Part shown: positions 12,407 to 23,990 of the stretch, piece by piece
How positions within the stretch are numbered: the first letter of the stretch is position 1
How the letters are laid out: the number at the start of each line of letters is the position of its first letter
Source of the DNA: Podarcis pityusensis
Taxonomy: Eukaryota
Strand: one strand, 5' to 3'
Length of the DNA stretch: 64,000 nucleotides
Assembly: GCA_964106645.2 (NCBI GenBank)
Contig: OZ067041.1
Made by a program: the position numbers and the translations under genes
Notes under the pieces: model-generated
What the model saw: only the letters and a program-made list of their open reading frames with translations
Told to the model about the DNA's origin: nothing
Databases searched by the model: none

Positions 12407-12658
12407 CATACCCTCCAATATGAAGCAGCCCCAAACTGGGATGCCATCTTTTGAGGCCATACTTTTGCGTGAGTCACGTGATTCATGTTAGAATGTGTGG
12501 CCCCTCCCCAAAAAGTGCTTCTTCCAGGGACAGTGCCCCAAAATGAGCACGAGTGCGGCCTGAAATTATGTGAGATTGCAGCAGCCATTTGGGCTGCTGT
12601 CCTTCCATGAGAAAAAAATTGGATATCCTGTTTTTCTCCGGGACAGTTGACGGGTATG
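12407..12658. mobile_element. hAT-like MITE with 6-bp TSD
   Basis: TIRs cataccctccaa / ttgacgggtatg flanked by ctataa at 12401-12406 and 12659-12664. Confidence 0.65.
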
Positions 12659-14902
12659 CTATAACTAGTTCGTCCAACATGTGGGATAAAAGGCAGAAGC
12701 ATTGCACTGAGTGGGGCAGAGCCATTTCGCTACCTTGTTGGCAAGTGGGTCCCTGGGTACAAATGCACCAGTGGAGCCAATCTGATGCTCCTGCTGGTAT
12801 GTTTGCATATACCATATGGACCTCTCCACCACCTCTGCCCTCCACCTCTTGATAAGCAACAGTGACTCAACTGCCGGGAAGCTAGGATAGCAGCTCTGCC
12901 CCACCCAGACAGTCACTTGCAGTAAAATGTATCCGTGTGATGTGATTAATTCTGTATTCTCTAACATCACAGACCATTGTGAATACGGCCCTTGAACTTC
13001 TCCCAAGGGTAAAATCGGCAAAGGATAATGAGCTCCCACACAGCAAACAAAAAATAAAAGACAATAGGCAGGAATGTTTTTTTAATTTAAAAAATGGCTT
13101 TTTATTGAAAATAAGGTCATAAATTTTGGAGGAATGCAAATGCTAATGAGGCTGCTACTGGATTGTGAGCACTTTGAATAATTCTGTTAACGTGCTGGGG
13201 ACAAAAAATTGGCAAGCCACTGTCAAAAAAACTTGATGGCTTAGTTGCTCGCTCTGCATAATACACAACATACTCTTATTTTTTGATGTTGATGGGATAT
13301 TATCATGAATTATCATAAAAGTCAAATTGGTTTGCCAACAGCATTTTAAAAGCTGGCATGTCAGCCATCAATAAGAGCGACTCTATCACATTTTCTGCTG
13401 CTATTTTTAGAACAGAGTTTACTTCTAATCAAATGAAAATATGTTACAAGGACTTTTTATAGTTTGCAAGCCCAGCTCCATAAATAAAAAGGCTGAGTAA
13501 CTTTGTAGTAATCACTCAAGATAGTTTTTAACCTTATTAAAATGTGAAGGTACAGGTTGGTACTACTTCATACTTTGAGTACTACATGGATGGTCTGATT
13601 CACCAAAGGAGAGTAGCACCTGCCTTTTTTTTTTGCTGAGGGAATAAACCCATTAAAGAGGCTGCTACATAGGAAATAAACAGGCAGTCACCAACCTGAG
13701 GTTAATTTGTCAGGAGCTGCCAGCTCTGTGTGCAGGTAGCTCCCTAATGCGGTGAACCTAAAAGATGGCCTCACTCTTTATATACCAAACCAACCACTGC
13801 ACTCTGCAGAAGAGGACCTTCTGCAGAAACCATCTCAACAGGGTTCCTGGTCCATATGGCATACCTTCTAGGTGTCCTGATTTTCCAGGGACAGTCCTGG
13901 AATTACAAAAGCCACCCTGGTTTCTGATTTGAACTTGGAATGCACCTATTTCCCCCACCAGTGCCACCATGCCTGAGCTTGAGGAGGAGGATGAGCTTGT
14001 CCCCAGCAACAGCAGCTGCAGCGGCTGAGAAGGAGCATCCTGTTGCCTCTCCACCGTCCCTTGGGCAACTTGTAGTGGCTGCTGGAGAGCGGGTGAGGAG
14101 GAGGAGAGGCTGTGGCCACCGAGGCCTAGCTCCATGTGATGCACTGGCTGGGCAGGAAGGAAGTCGAAGTGTAACAGAACGCAAGGAGTCTTGATTTTAA
14201 AAAAGAGAAAAGAATCTTTGTGCATCTTCATCTAAGCTAGGCCGTCTCTAAAAGTTGTGTACTTTTCTTTCTCTAAATCTACCAAAGAATAAAATCAAAT
14301 CAGGATTAAGGAGTTTTCTCAGGATGGTGGAGGACGTGTGTGCTGTGCCCTATTCATGAAGTGGTATAGGCACTTGCCCTTCTTCCAATAGTAAATGTTC
14401 TGTGTGGGGACAGGGGCTAAAAATGGGGGGTCAAGGAGAGTCAGTTGGTAAGGGAGTGAGAAATGTTCCTATTTTCTTCAGAGGGTTGTTGGATGGTATG
14501 ATATGGTCCAGGAATTGGGCCTTTAATATGGTGACATTGCACAGATACAGTCTCTATTATCCTCTCATCACCTATTGAAGACCTTCCTTTTTCTAACAAG
14601 CCTTTCAAGTTGAAAATTTTCATCCCAGTTTGTGTCTGTACTGACTGGACTTGATATGGTTTTCTATATATGTTTGTGATTCCCACACAGAGCTTTGGGA
14701 TGTTTTATAGGAAGCAATAAATAAACCTTTGGACTGCAGGTAGCAGCTTCTCAGTGAAATACTTCCAGTCTCTGGACTAACTCTTGCCCACGCAGACTGG
14801 CTATTGGACCTGCCCTGGAAAGGAAGGAGCAAAAGATGACTTCCTGTTCTGTTTAGCTTTGCACAAGCAAGCAGGTCTGACTAAGCTCTGGTGTTTCCTG
14901 TA

Positions 14903-15130
14903 CAGTGGTACCTCGGGTTACATACGCTTCAGGTTACATATGCTTCAGCTTACAGACTCCGCTAACCCAGAAATAGTGCTTCAGGATGAGAACAGAAATT
15001 GTGCTCCGGTGGCGCGGCAGCAGCAGGAGGCCCCATTAGCTAAAGTGGTGCTTCAGGTTAAGAACAGTTTCAGGTTAAGTACGGACCTCCAGAACGAATT
15101 ACCGTAAGTACTTAACCTGAGGTACCACTG
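14903..15130 (+). mobile_element. Tigger/pogo-like MITE family A
   Basis: TA-flanked TIR cagtggtacctc...gaggtaccactg; four copies in the window. Confidence 0.9.
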
Positions 15131-15761
15131 TATTGTTGCCCCCTATTTTGGACCTCAGGCTTGCTCCTGCCATTGTGTTGCTTCCTGAACCTAGGCAACA
15201 TCGCCATAACACCTCTGCCTCTTGCATTAGTGCTGGTTGCTTCTACAGAAAGTGAAGATTTGGATGAGAATTTAACAAACTAGGGAAACGAAGCTGTAAT
15301 GAATCTAGCAATTATGAAGTTGGCCCATTACTGTATGAATGCCTGTCTTGGAAAACACATCAGCTTCAGTTTGTGCTCTGGGAACAATTGTGTGAGTTAG
15401 CAACACCGCTTTCCTCATTCATGCAATTAGTGCAGAGAATTAATATATGCAGTGTCAAAAACAGTACCCTAAATGGAGACTAATGATGCTTGATAATAGG
15501 CCCTTGATGGGGCTAACCTTACTTTTCACTTCACGCCCTGGTGTCAAATGTATGCAAAAAGGAAAAAAGAAATTTAATAGCAATTAATAGTGTGCTAATC
15601 ATTATATCATGGAAACTGCCATACCAAATATAAATCAAATGTGTATTTGGTCATCTCTTATTAAAGGATGCTCCATTAATCTTGTGTTCCAGGTACATAT
15701 GCATACTGGTCCAGATTTGGTCGTACATCCTTTTTTAAATGCTGTGCGTCACATTTAAGTA

Positions 15762-16380
15762 CAGAGGTAGCCAAAAAAATGACCTCCAGATGTCCGGGAC
15801 TACAACTCCCATCAGCCCCAGCCAACATGGCCAATTGCCAGGGATGATGGGAATTGTTGTCCACAACATGTGGAAGCCTACCCGAGTCTGCAAGTACAGT
15901 GGCAGCATCACAGGGCTCTGTGGCACCAGTGTGTCCTGCACTGGCGTTTATACATGATGGTGGCCAGGTGAAACCATACACTAGTAAGTGTTTTGTCCAT
16001 ATGCCAAGTTTCCAGTTCCAACCAGGGCTCTCATTCTGAAAACAATCCTTTCCTATCAGGCCCTCCAGATGTTACTGAACTGCAACTCAACATCTTTCCC
16101 AGCAAGCATGGCCAATGACTATGGACGATGGGAGTTGTAGATGAGCAACATCTGGAGGGACAAAGGTTCCCCACACCTGAGATGAAAGGACATGGGTCTT
16201 TGCTGAGTCGGACAGAGACCTTCATCAGACACCACCCTCTAATCCAGGATTGGGAAACCTCTGCCCTGACAGACATTGCTGGACTCGACTCCCATCCACA
16301 TGGCCAATAGTCAGGGATGCCCCAATGATGGGAGTTGCTGTTCAACAACATCTGGAAGGCCGCAATCCCTACTCCTGGAC
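15762..16380. mobile_element. Cluster of three degenerate hAT-type MITEs (ccctccagatg...actacaactcccatc family)
   Basis: Three copies (~15762-15890, ~16057-16180, ~16245-16378) homologous to the intact copy at 30884-31018. Confidence 0.7.
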
Positions 16381-17658
16381 CTGTTAGAAAGCCTCACACA
16401 GGAATTTCCAGGCTTCAAACTAAAAGTGAGCCTGTGGAACTGAATATAATTCATCAGCCCCAAGTGCAGAGTTCTGCTGTCAGCCTCTGTGATGTGTGGC
16501 TTAGAGGTTCTTTGCCAAAGCAAGAATCACTCACATCTCCAGACTTGAACCTGTCAGCGGCAATGGGTGCCAAGGGTGATGAGCCAAATGGGAGAAATAG
16601 GAACAGAACTGGATTTATTATAGTTCCATGAGCAAAGATTGTGGGCTGAAAGTGGGTAGCAAAGCAAATCCAGCTAAGATAAGAGGATGTCTTCTTTTGT
16701 CTATAGAACTATCTAGTGAGGAGATGGGCTTTATGTAGAGCAATGGCAGCTTGTTCACAGATGCAAAGGGTTTAATGTAGCACAATATTTTTAAAAAGAA
16801 TGCTCACCAATCTTTGCAGTGCTTTCTACCAGAAGCAAAGAGCTGAAATGATATCACACCATGTCACATTTTTAATGACACACAGAGATGGAGGCTGGGA
16901 GGAGGAAAATGGCATTGCCTCTAGAAACTACTGACTCCTTTGCACAGGTTCATAATGAAGTGACTCCTTGGCACCAGTTTCTAATAAAATAGGAAGTCAT
17001 TGATGGAGGAAAAGTTACATGTTCATATGCACAATAGAAAATTCTTGTGCCTAACTTTGTAGTGCATTGTGACTCTGGTGAATAGTGGGATCAGAACTGA
17101 TGAAATAAGTTAATATCGTACAGGCTACTTAAGAGAAGTTAAACAGGGACAAAATCAGCATAAGCACAAGTGGTCTTATGGGTAGCTGGTGAGGACAAAA
17201 TACATCTCATAAGAGGGTAGGAAGATTTCAGACTATGGCTTCTTAATGGAGAAGAAAAGGTGTTAATGCCATCACAACCCTTTTATCCAAGAAATAATAT
17301 GTAATAATGCACTAAGAATGCATTGGATTTTCTTTATGCCTTTATTGTCACGCACTGTGCCATACAGAAAGGTGTCTTTTGAACGCTACTAATAAAGTAG
17401 GTCTTCATTTCCCCAGGACACTGTAGGTGGAGTGCAGATTTAGACTAGATCTACTGAAATTAGTCAAGTTTGTGAAGTTAGTCAAGACAAACATAACTCC
17501 CATTGATTTCAACAGGTCTGCTCTAAACATGACTAAGTCTGGATTCAACCCATTAAGCATCTATTTGTATCCCTTTTGACATAATTGATGGAATGAGAGC
17601 AAATGAGAAGGTAGGCAATACTGAGTATTGCAAAAAGTTGTAACAGTCTCACCTTGTA

Positions 17659-17884
17659 TAGTGGTATCTCAGGTTACATACGCTTCAGGTTACAGACTTG
17701 GCTAACCCAGAAATAGTGCTTCAGGTTAAGAACTTTGCTTCAGGATGAGAACAGAAATCGGGCTCTGGAGGCACGGCAGCAGCAGGAGGCCCCATTAGCT
17801 AAAGTGGTGCTTCAGATTAAGAACAGTTTCAGGTTAAGAACGGACCTCCATAACGAATTAAGTACTTAACCTGAGGTACCACTG
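17659..17884 (+). mobile_element. Tigger/pogo-like MITE family A
   Basis: TA TSD, TIRs and an interior matching 14903-15130. Confidence 0.9.
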
Positions 17885-18639
17885 TACGCAGTTGTGCTTT
17901 TTTATTTTATTTTATACTGACATAGGTTTGGCATTGTTTATTTTTAAAAATGCTGTTCCAGCTTTCTTTCTTTCTTAAAAAAGTCTATGACCTGCTTTTA
18001 GTTTTGTCTGAGGGCAGAAAAATGAAAAGCCCCAAACTCCCTGGAGCTTTTGTAATCAAGGGGTGCATACTCTCCAAAGTTTCTCCGATGAAAACAGGGA
18101 CATCTTATTGGAGTGTGAGGTTGGCAGTGAGGAGATAGTCAAAGGCTTTAAAAATGTAGTTAGTCTGGAACTGGGCAGTTCAGGGTGGAACTCAGTGTGA
18201 TATGAAAAAGCATCAAAGATACTAAGAAAGGAGAGAGAAAATTCTGCTTCAGAATAATTTTTTTTTTCCAGAGTCTGGTAAAGTGAGTGACTATTTGAGT
18301 TCAGGGAAAGTGGATGGTGTTTTAATCTACTTATTTTTGTTGTTTTGTTCCATTTGGGAATTGGCAAGATTCCTGTAACTTCCCCTTATAATATATTTCT
18401 CCTAAAACTCGATGTTTCCCCCCCTTAGTAAACTTTTAGCTTTTACTTACTCCATAAAGCTAAAAATGCACTACCTTGACTGACTTAGGGGAGACCCTAG
18501 GGAAGTCTTCAGGTGGGCTGATAAAGTGCAGCCTTGTAGAAATAATTTCCCCTCTTTATCTGGTGGCAAAAAGTATGTAAATGGGGAAGGGGGGGTGCAT
18601 ACTCTCAAAGCAGTATCCTGGAAATTACAAGGGGAGCGC

Positions 18640-18750
18640 TATTGTACTCGCATCTGACTTGCAGGGTTCCCATCAGTTGGTTGGCCATTGTGAGAACAGG
18701 ATGCTGGACAGAATATGGCCCAATCCAGCCTGGTGGTTTTTATGTTCTTG
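18640..18750 (+). mobile_element. Old CR1-like 3' UTR fragment
   Basis: ggccattgtgagaacaggatgctggac...ttatgttctt; related fragments at ~43855-44030 (+) and ~58045-58235 (-). Confidence 0.5.
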
Positions 18751-19475
18751 TCGAAAAACACATTCAAGCCTTTTCATTTTAAGTTAAAATGAAAAATGAA
18801 AAATGAAAAATAAAACTACATTTTAGTTAAAATGTAAAACCTCAAAATGTTCTGAAGTTATTTTACACACTGTGGGTCTGTTCTACAATCTGACTTCTTC
18901 ATGCAACATTTCTTTATGGAGGCCAGTTCAGGGAAGTAACCCACGGCAAATTATATTATCCTGAGCTTCACTGATGCTCGTGCCTTTCCTTAGTAACGTG
19001 TCCATTGTTTACTATCAGGGGGAAAAAGTGTACAAGGCATAATTGTATTAAAACCTCATTTTCAAAAGGATGCACCAGGCACAACTATTCCTCAGAAGAG
19101 GTAAAAGGTATTGACTGTCAAAAGCGACTAGCCGGTATTACTATGATAAGGACAGAGAGAGAGAGAGAGATGTAAGTCTTAATTTGGTATAACTTCATTT
19201 CCAAAGACAAGAAAGACAGTCTGAATCATCAATATATGGAAATGTGATAACTGAATATAATTAAGCATGTTTACTTCCTATTACGTTGTATTGATGGCAA
19301 TAATATACAAGCATTAAAATCTTACCTGTAGCAGGCATCAAAGGAAGTGGCTTCTGGTTCTTGAGAGCTTAGGATACAGCGAAAATGTGTTTGCCTTCTC
19401 TGCAACAGACTGACTTGCGGCACCACAGACTAAGACAATTGGTTAACAACAAGGAATCTTGTAGCACCTTTAGCA

Positions 19476-19477
<2 letters not shown>

Positions 19478-19509
<32 letters not shown>
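19478..19509. repeat. (GT)n microsatellite
   Basis: Direct reading. Confidence 0.95.
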
Positions 19510-19513
<4 letters not shown>

Positions 19514-19705
19514 GTCACTGTTCAATGTGTAATTGTCACGTTCTGTATTCTTCTTCATTTCATTTTGTTTCTGATTTCACTGTTTACAATCCCCATCCCA
19601 ACCTAACCTATGTATCTGAATCTCAGGGTAACGCTTCATGAGCCTGATGAAGTGGACTGTAGGCAACAGCCTCTTATGCCATAATAATTTTGCTAATCTT
19701 TAAGG

Positions 19706-20273
19706 CAGAGCTTTCAAAACTTTTCCTGTTGGTGACACACTTTTGTACATGCATCATTTTGCAACACAGGACGCGGGTGGCGCTGTGGGTTAAACCACAG
19801 AGCCTAGGACTTGCCGATCAGAAGGTCGGCGGTTCGAATCCCCACAATGGGGTGAGCTCCCGTTGCTCGGTCCCTGCTCCTGCCAACCTAGCAGTTCAAA
19901 AGAATGTCAAAGTGCAAGTAGATAAATAGGTACCGCTCTGGCGGGAAGGTAAATGGCGTTTCTGTGTGCTGCTTTGGTTCGCCAGAAGCGGCTTAGTCAT
20001 GCTGACCACATGACCCGGAAGTTGTCTGCGGACAAACGCCGGCTCCCTCGGCCAATAAAGCGAGATGAGCACCGCAACCCCAGAGTCGGTCACGACTGGA
20101 CCTAATGGTCAGGAGTCCCTTTACCTTTACCTTAATTCACTTTTATTAGCAAACCGGAAGTTAAACTAACCCCTTTCCAGTTCCGGGAGAAGTGTGGGAA
20201 GTGTTTGTGCGACACACCTACACACTGCAGCCAATACGCTAATGTGTTGCGCCAAACAGTTTGGAAAGCTCTG
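19706..20273. mobile_element. hAT MITE with 8-bp TSD, containing a Sauria SINE
   Basis: TIRs cagagctttc(a/c)aaac; TSD ctttaagg at 19698-19705 and 20274-20281. Confidence 0.85.
19769..20133 (+). mobile_element. Full-length Sauria SINE
   Basis: Runs ggacgcgggtggcgctgtgggttaaacc ... ccctttacctttacctt. Confidence 0.93.
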
Positions 20274-21122
20274 CTTTAAGGTGTCACCAAACCCGTTGCT
20301 GTTTTCACATGGCTCCCCTGCTGAAAATGGTTTCAATAAGTCGATTGGGAACACACTGATACAACTCTCTCAAGTTTAGCATCTGAAACATTTGTGTCAA
20401 AGTAGCCGCTATGGTACTTTTAAGGAACAAAATGATGTAAATTTTGAACTTATTTTGTTTTGCTTATACAGCACATTTCTTTCCAGGGTTATAAAATATT
20501 AAGTCAATAAATATTAACATAAACCTGGTAACTGAAAACCAATTACCTTGCTTGAAATTTATGCATATTCACTGACATTTCAGTCTGGGGACACTTTCTC
20601 TCCTTTCATAATAATCTGTCTAATGATAATCACATCAGTCCAGATCCATATGTGCTCATAGGTGCATATTACACATCTCTTCTACGTTTATTTTAATGCA
20701 GAAAGTTGAATTGAAACTGTTAGGCAATTTCCATTTGTAAACTGACTCCCTGCACTGGAATACGCAAGGAAGATGTTTCTAGAGGTCATATTCAGTTTTA
20801 CTCAGATATAGATCCATTGACATAAATGGACATGACTCAATTACGTCCATTGATTTAAGTGGGTCTACACTAAGTAAAACCTAGTAAATCTCCATGGGTG
20901 GAATGCAGCTTTGCACTCTTCCGGTCAATCTATCTGTGCAAGCATTTCAACTTGCAGACAGAAAAATCTCTCCTCTCCCCCAACGTGCTGTCCTTCCAAC
21001 CCCCCAGAGCAAATACTGGTTGGTGCGTAAGGGGGAGGAAATTGGGGGAGCTGAATGTGCACTTAAGCTTCTGTACCTGGAACAGGTTAGGAGTAACTTT
21101 TTGATTAGGTTATATATCCAAC

Positions 21123-21558
21123 TTTCCCAATAGTGATGTATGGAAGTGAGAGCTGGACCATAAAGAAGGCTGATCGCCGAAGAATTGATGCTTTTGAATT
21201 ATGGTGCTGGAGGAGACTCTTGAGAGTCCCATGGACTGCAAGAAGATCAAACCTCTCCATTCTGAAGGAAATCAGCCCTGAGTGCTCACTGGAAGGACAG
21301 ATCCTGAAGCTGAGGCTCCAATACTCTGGACACCTCATGAGAAGAGAAGACTCCCTGGAAAAGACCCTGATGTTGGGAAAGATGGAGGGCACAAGGAGAA
21401 GGGGACGACAGAGAACGAGATGGTTGGACGGTGTTCTCGAAGCTACCAGCATGAGTTTGACCAAACTGCGGGAGGCAGTGGAAGACAGGAGTGCCTGGCG
21501 TGCTCTGGTCCATGGGGTCAGGAAAAGTCGGACACGACTTAATGACTAAACAGCAACA
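21123..21558 (+). mobile_element. Bov-B (RTE) LINE 3' fragment
   Basis: ORF MYGSESWTIKKADRRRIDAFELWCWRRLLRVPW...SRTRLND, (CAA)n tail, 11-bp TSD atatatccaac (21112-21122 / 21559-21569). Confidence 0.95.
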
Positions 21559-21926
21559 ATATATCCAACAGTGGCTTTCCTCTAGTAGAAAGCACTGCCT
21601 CTTGTGCAAGACATGACACTGGATTTTCAGCCATTTCCCTTGTCAAAGGCAACTGTCTGCACCATATCCCTTGCTTTTTTGAAGTGTCCCCCAACCCCCA
21701 GAAGCTGCTTTGGGGGACTGCAGTGCATGAGAGACACAGTGTCACACATTGGGTGCTCATCCTTGAGTGAACGGATATGTTTTCCCCAGATGCAAAATCA
21801 TTATTGGATGCAATCTGTTGCAAGCTTCCTCATCAAGGTGCCCACCCAATGTTATGTCCTACTACTCTGATCAAGTCTAACCTGTGTGGCTAATGGTTGA
21901 TGATGATTGGAGTTAGAATCCTACAG

Positions 21927-22050
21927 TCATGGAATTATAGAGTTGGAAGGGACCCTGAGGGTCATCTAGTCCAACCCCCTGCAATGCAGGAATCTTATGC
22001 CCAATGTGGGGCTTGAACCCACAACCCTGAGATTAGGAGTCTCATGCTGT
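21927..22050 (-). mobile_element. tRNA-Lys-derived SINE with CR1 3' tail
   Basis: Minus strand agcatgagactcctaatctcagggttgtgggttcaagccccacattgggc (tRNA-Lys-like) fused to the CR1-type tail gggggttggactagatgacc...ccttccaactcta. Confidence 0.8.
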
Positions 22051-22227
22051 AGTTTGTGCTGTTATGTGTACAGAATTACAGAACTTCCATAAAACTCCTT
22101 CTTCCTTTGTATTTATACATTACGAGGGGAGATGAAAATAAGTGTAGTCTTTGGGGGGGGATACATCTGAAGGCAGCTATGTTTGGGGTAGTTTTTAATG
22201 TTTGATTATGTTTTTATATGCGTTGGA

Positions 22228-22828
22228 AGACCCTACCTGCCTGCAGACTGTCTCGCCAGAGTGGTGCATGCTCCAGTTATCTCTCGCTTGGACTACTGCA
22301 ATTTGCTCTATGTGGGGCTACCTTTGAAGGTGATCCGGAAACCACAACTAATTCAGAATGCGGCAGCTAGACTGGTGACTGGGAGCGGCCGCCGAGACCA
22401 CATAACACCGGTCTTGAAAGACCTACACTGGCTCCCAGTATGTTTCCGAGCAAAATTGGTGCTGACCTTGAAAGCCCTAAATGGCCTCGGTCCAGTATAC
22501 CTGCAGGAGCGTCTCCACCTCCACCGTTCTGCCTGGGCACTGACGTCTAGCGCCGAGGGCCTTCTGGTGGTTCCCTCGCTGCGAGAAGCCAAGTTATAGG
22601 GACCCAGGCAGAGGGCCTTCTCGGTAGTGGCACCCGCCCTGTGGAACGCCCTCCTACCAGATGTCAAAGAGAAAAACAACTACCAGACTTTTAGAAGACA
22701 TCTGAAGGCAGCCTTGTTTAGGGAAGCTTTTAATGTTTAATAGGTTATTGTATTTTAATATTGTGTTGGAAGCTGCCCAGAGTGGCTGGGGAAACCCAGC
22801 CAGATGGGCGGGGTATAAAATTATTATA
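22228..22828 (+). mobile_element. L2 LINE 3' fragment, preceded by a short second L2 3' piece at ~22163-22230
   Basis: ORF SRLDYCN...QNAAARLV...HITPVLKDLHWLPV; 3' UTR ending gatgggcggggtataaaattatt. Confidence 0.92.
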
Positions 22829-23688
22829 ACTTCTGGAAGGTACTTAGATGTTGCGAAAGGCTGACCCATTGTATGTAATATTTGAAAATGCAAGCCACAT
22901 GTCATATATATTTTGCCAGACAATATATGCATTTCACTGTTCATACATTTTTTTTCATGCTACAGGGCTTTTTTCATTTAAAAATTGAGAATGAGTACGC
23001 TGATTTTGCTTGTGGTTTCCATAAACATGCATAGCACAGTCAATTAACAAGTGTTGTGCTAATTACTGTAAGGATAACAGGTGCTCTTATCCCTTTATGT
23101 TCTCAACACCGTCTGATGTCCCACAAGTAAGGCAAACATACATACATCAATAGCCTTCTGTGTGCAAGAAAATGAATGTTTTTCTATTCAGAAAAGGGCA
23201 ACAGATTTTTCCTCAGTGGCAGAGTAATAGAATATCAACAGCAGGCAGAGCAGAAGTTTTATTACTTTCTCCATGCATGTCATTGTACATCACATCTGTA
23301 TTAGGGAACAAAGCTAAAATCACTCCATGCCATTCAATATATATTAGGGATGCTCTGAACTTTCCCATTTAGATCTGGAGCATTCATTTTAATTTAAAAG
23401 GGTCCTCCTGCAGCTCTGTGAACTCACCCCCCCCGACTCAAAATGGCAAGCTCCTTTTTCTGCTATTTTTCAAAGACACAAACTTATTTTTTAAAGTATG
23501 CTTTTATTGATTTTCCAGTATCGTTCCAATAGCAGCCTCATTATAACAATACCAATTTCATCCAGTTTTTACAATTATTGCCAATTATTCCAATGCCAAA
23601 TTATACAATTTAATCAAACTGGCCTCCCCACGTGCTAGATTTGATGGCTTCATTCTTCTACATTTTTTCTGTATTCCAAAATCTTAAT

Positions 23689-23990
23689 GCCATACTTTTC
23701 TGTCTATAAGACGCTCCCATGTATAAGACCCCCCTTTTTGGGGACTCAGTTTTAAGAAAGTTTTTTAAAAATGAGGGGAGATGGCCCAAAGTTGCTGAGC
23801 TTCTCCCCCCATGCAGCTGTCGGCAGGAAACACTCACTAGATCATTTCCTGCTCGCTGAGGCATCGGGGGAAGTTGTGCTCCGGCCAACCGGCTGGTTGG
23901 CAGGTGTGCTGCTTCTCCCCTCATGCAACTATCTGCGTATTGGACGACCCCAGTTTTTTGACACGATTTTTTAGTCAAAAAACCTCAGTT
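23689..23990. mobile_element. Degenerate Tc2-like MITE related to 4257-5076
   Basis: ccatacttttctgtctataagacg terminal motif. Confidence 0.5.

Larger units (their letters stand above)
19445..20305 (+). mobile_element. Old Penelope-like terminal-repeat remnant, split by a hAT MITE
   Basis: ctgatgaagtggac...ttatgccataataattttgctaatctttaagg|tgtcacca resembles the pLTR at 36030-36110; inverted end fragment at ~19445-19475. Confidence 0.55.

Noticed and set aside
13758-14231. 157-aa minus-strand ORF and overlapping ORFs
   Set aside because: Low-complexity GC-rich interior adjoining a MITE-like terminus; no protein motif
19326-19399. Minus-strand 74-nt exon-like segment (ttgcag...CAG|gtaag)
   Set aside because: Splice-like words occur by chance; weak pyrimidine tract, no recognisable peptide and no partner exons
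21995-22050. tRNA-Lys gene
   Set aside because: Mutated or truncated and fused to a CR1 tail, so it is a SINE head (same at 28050-28113)
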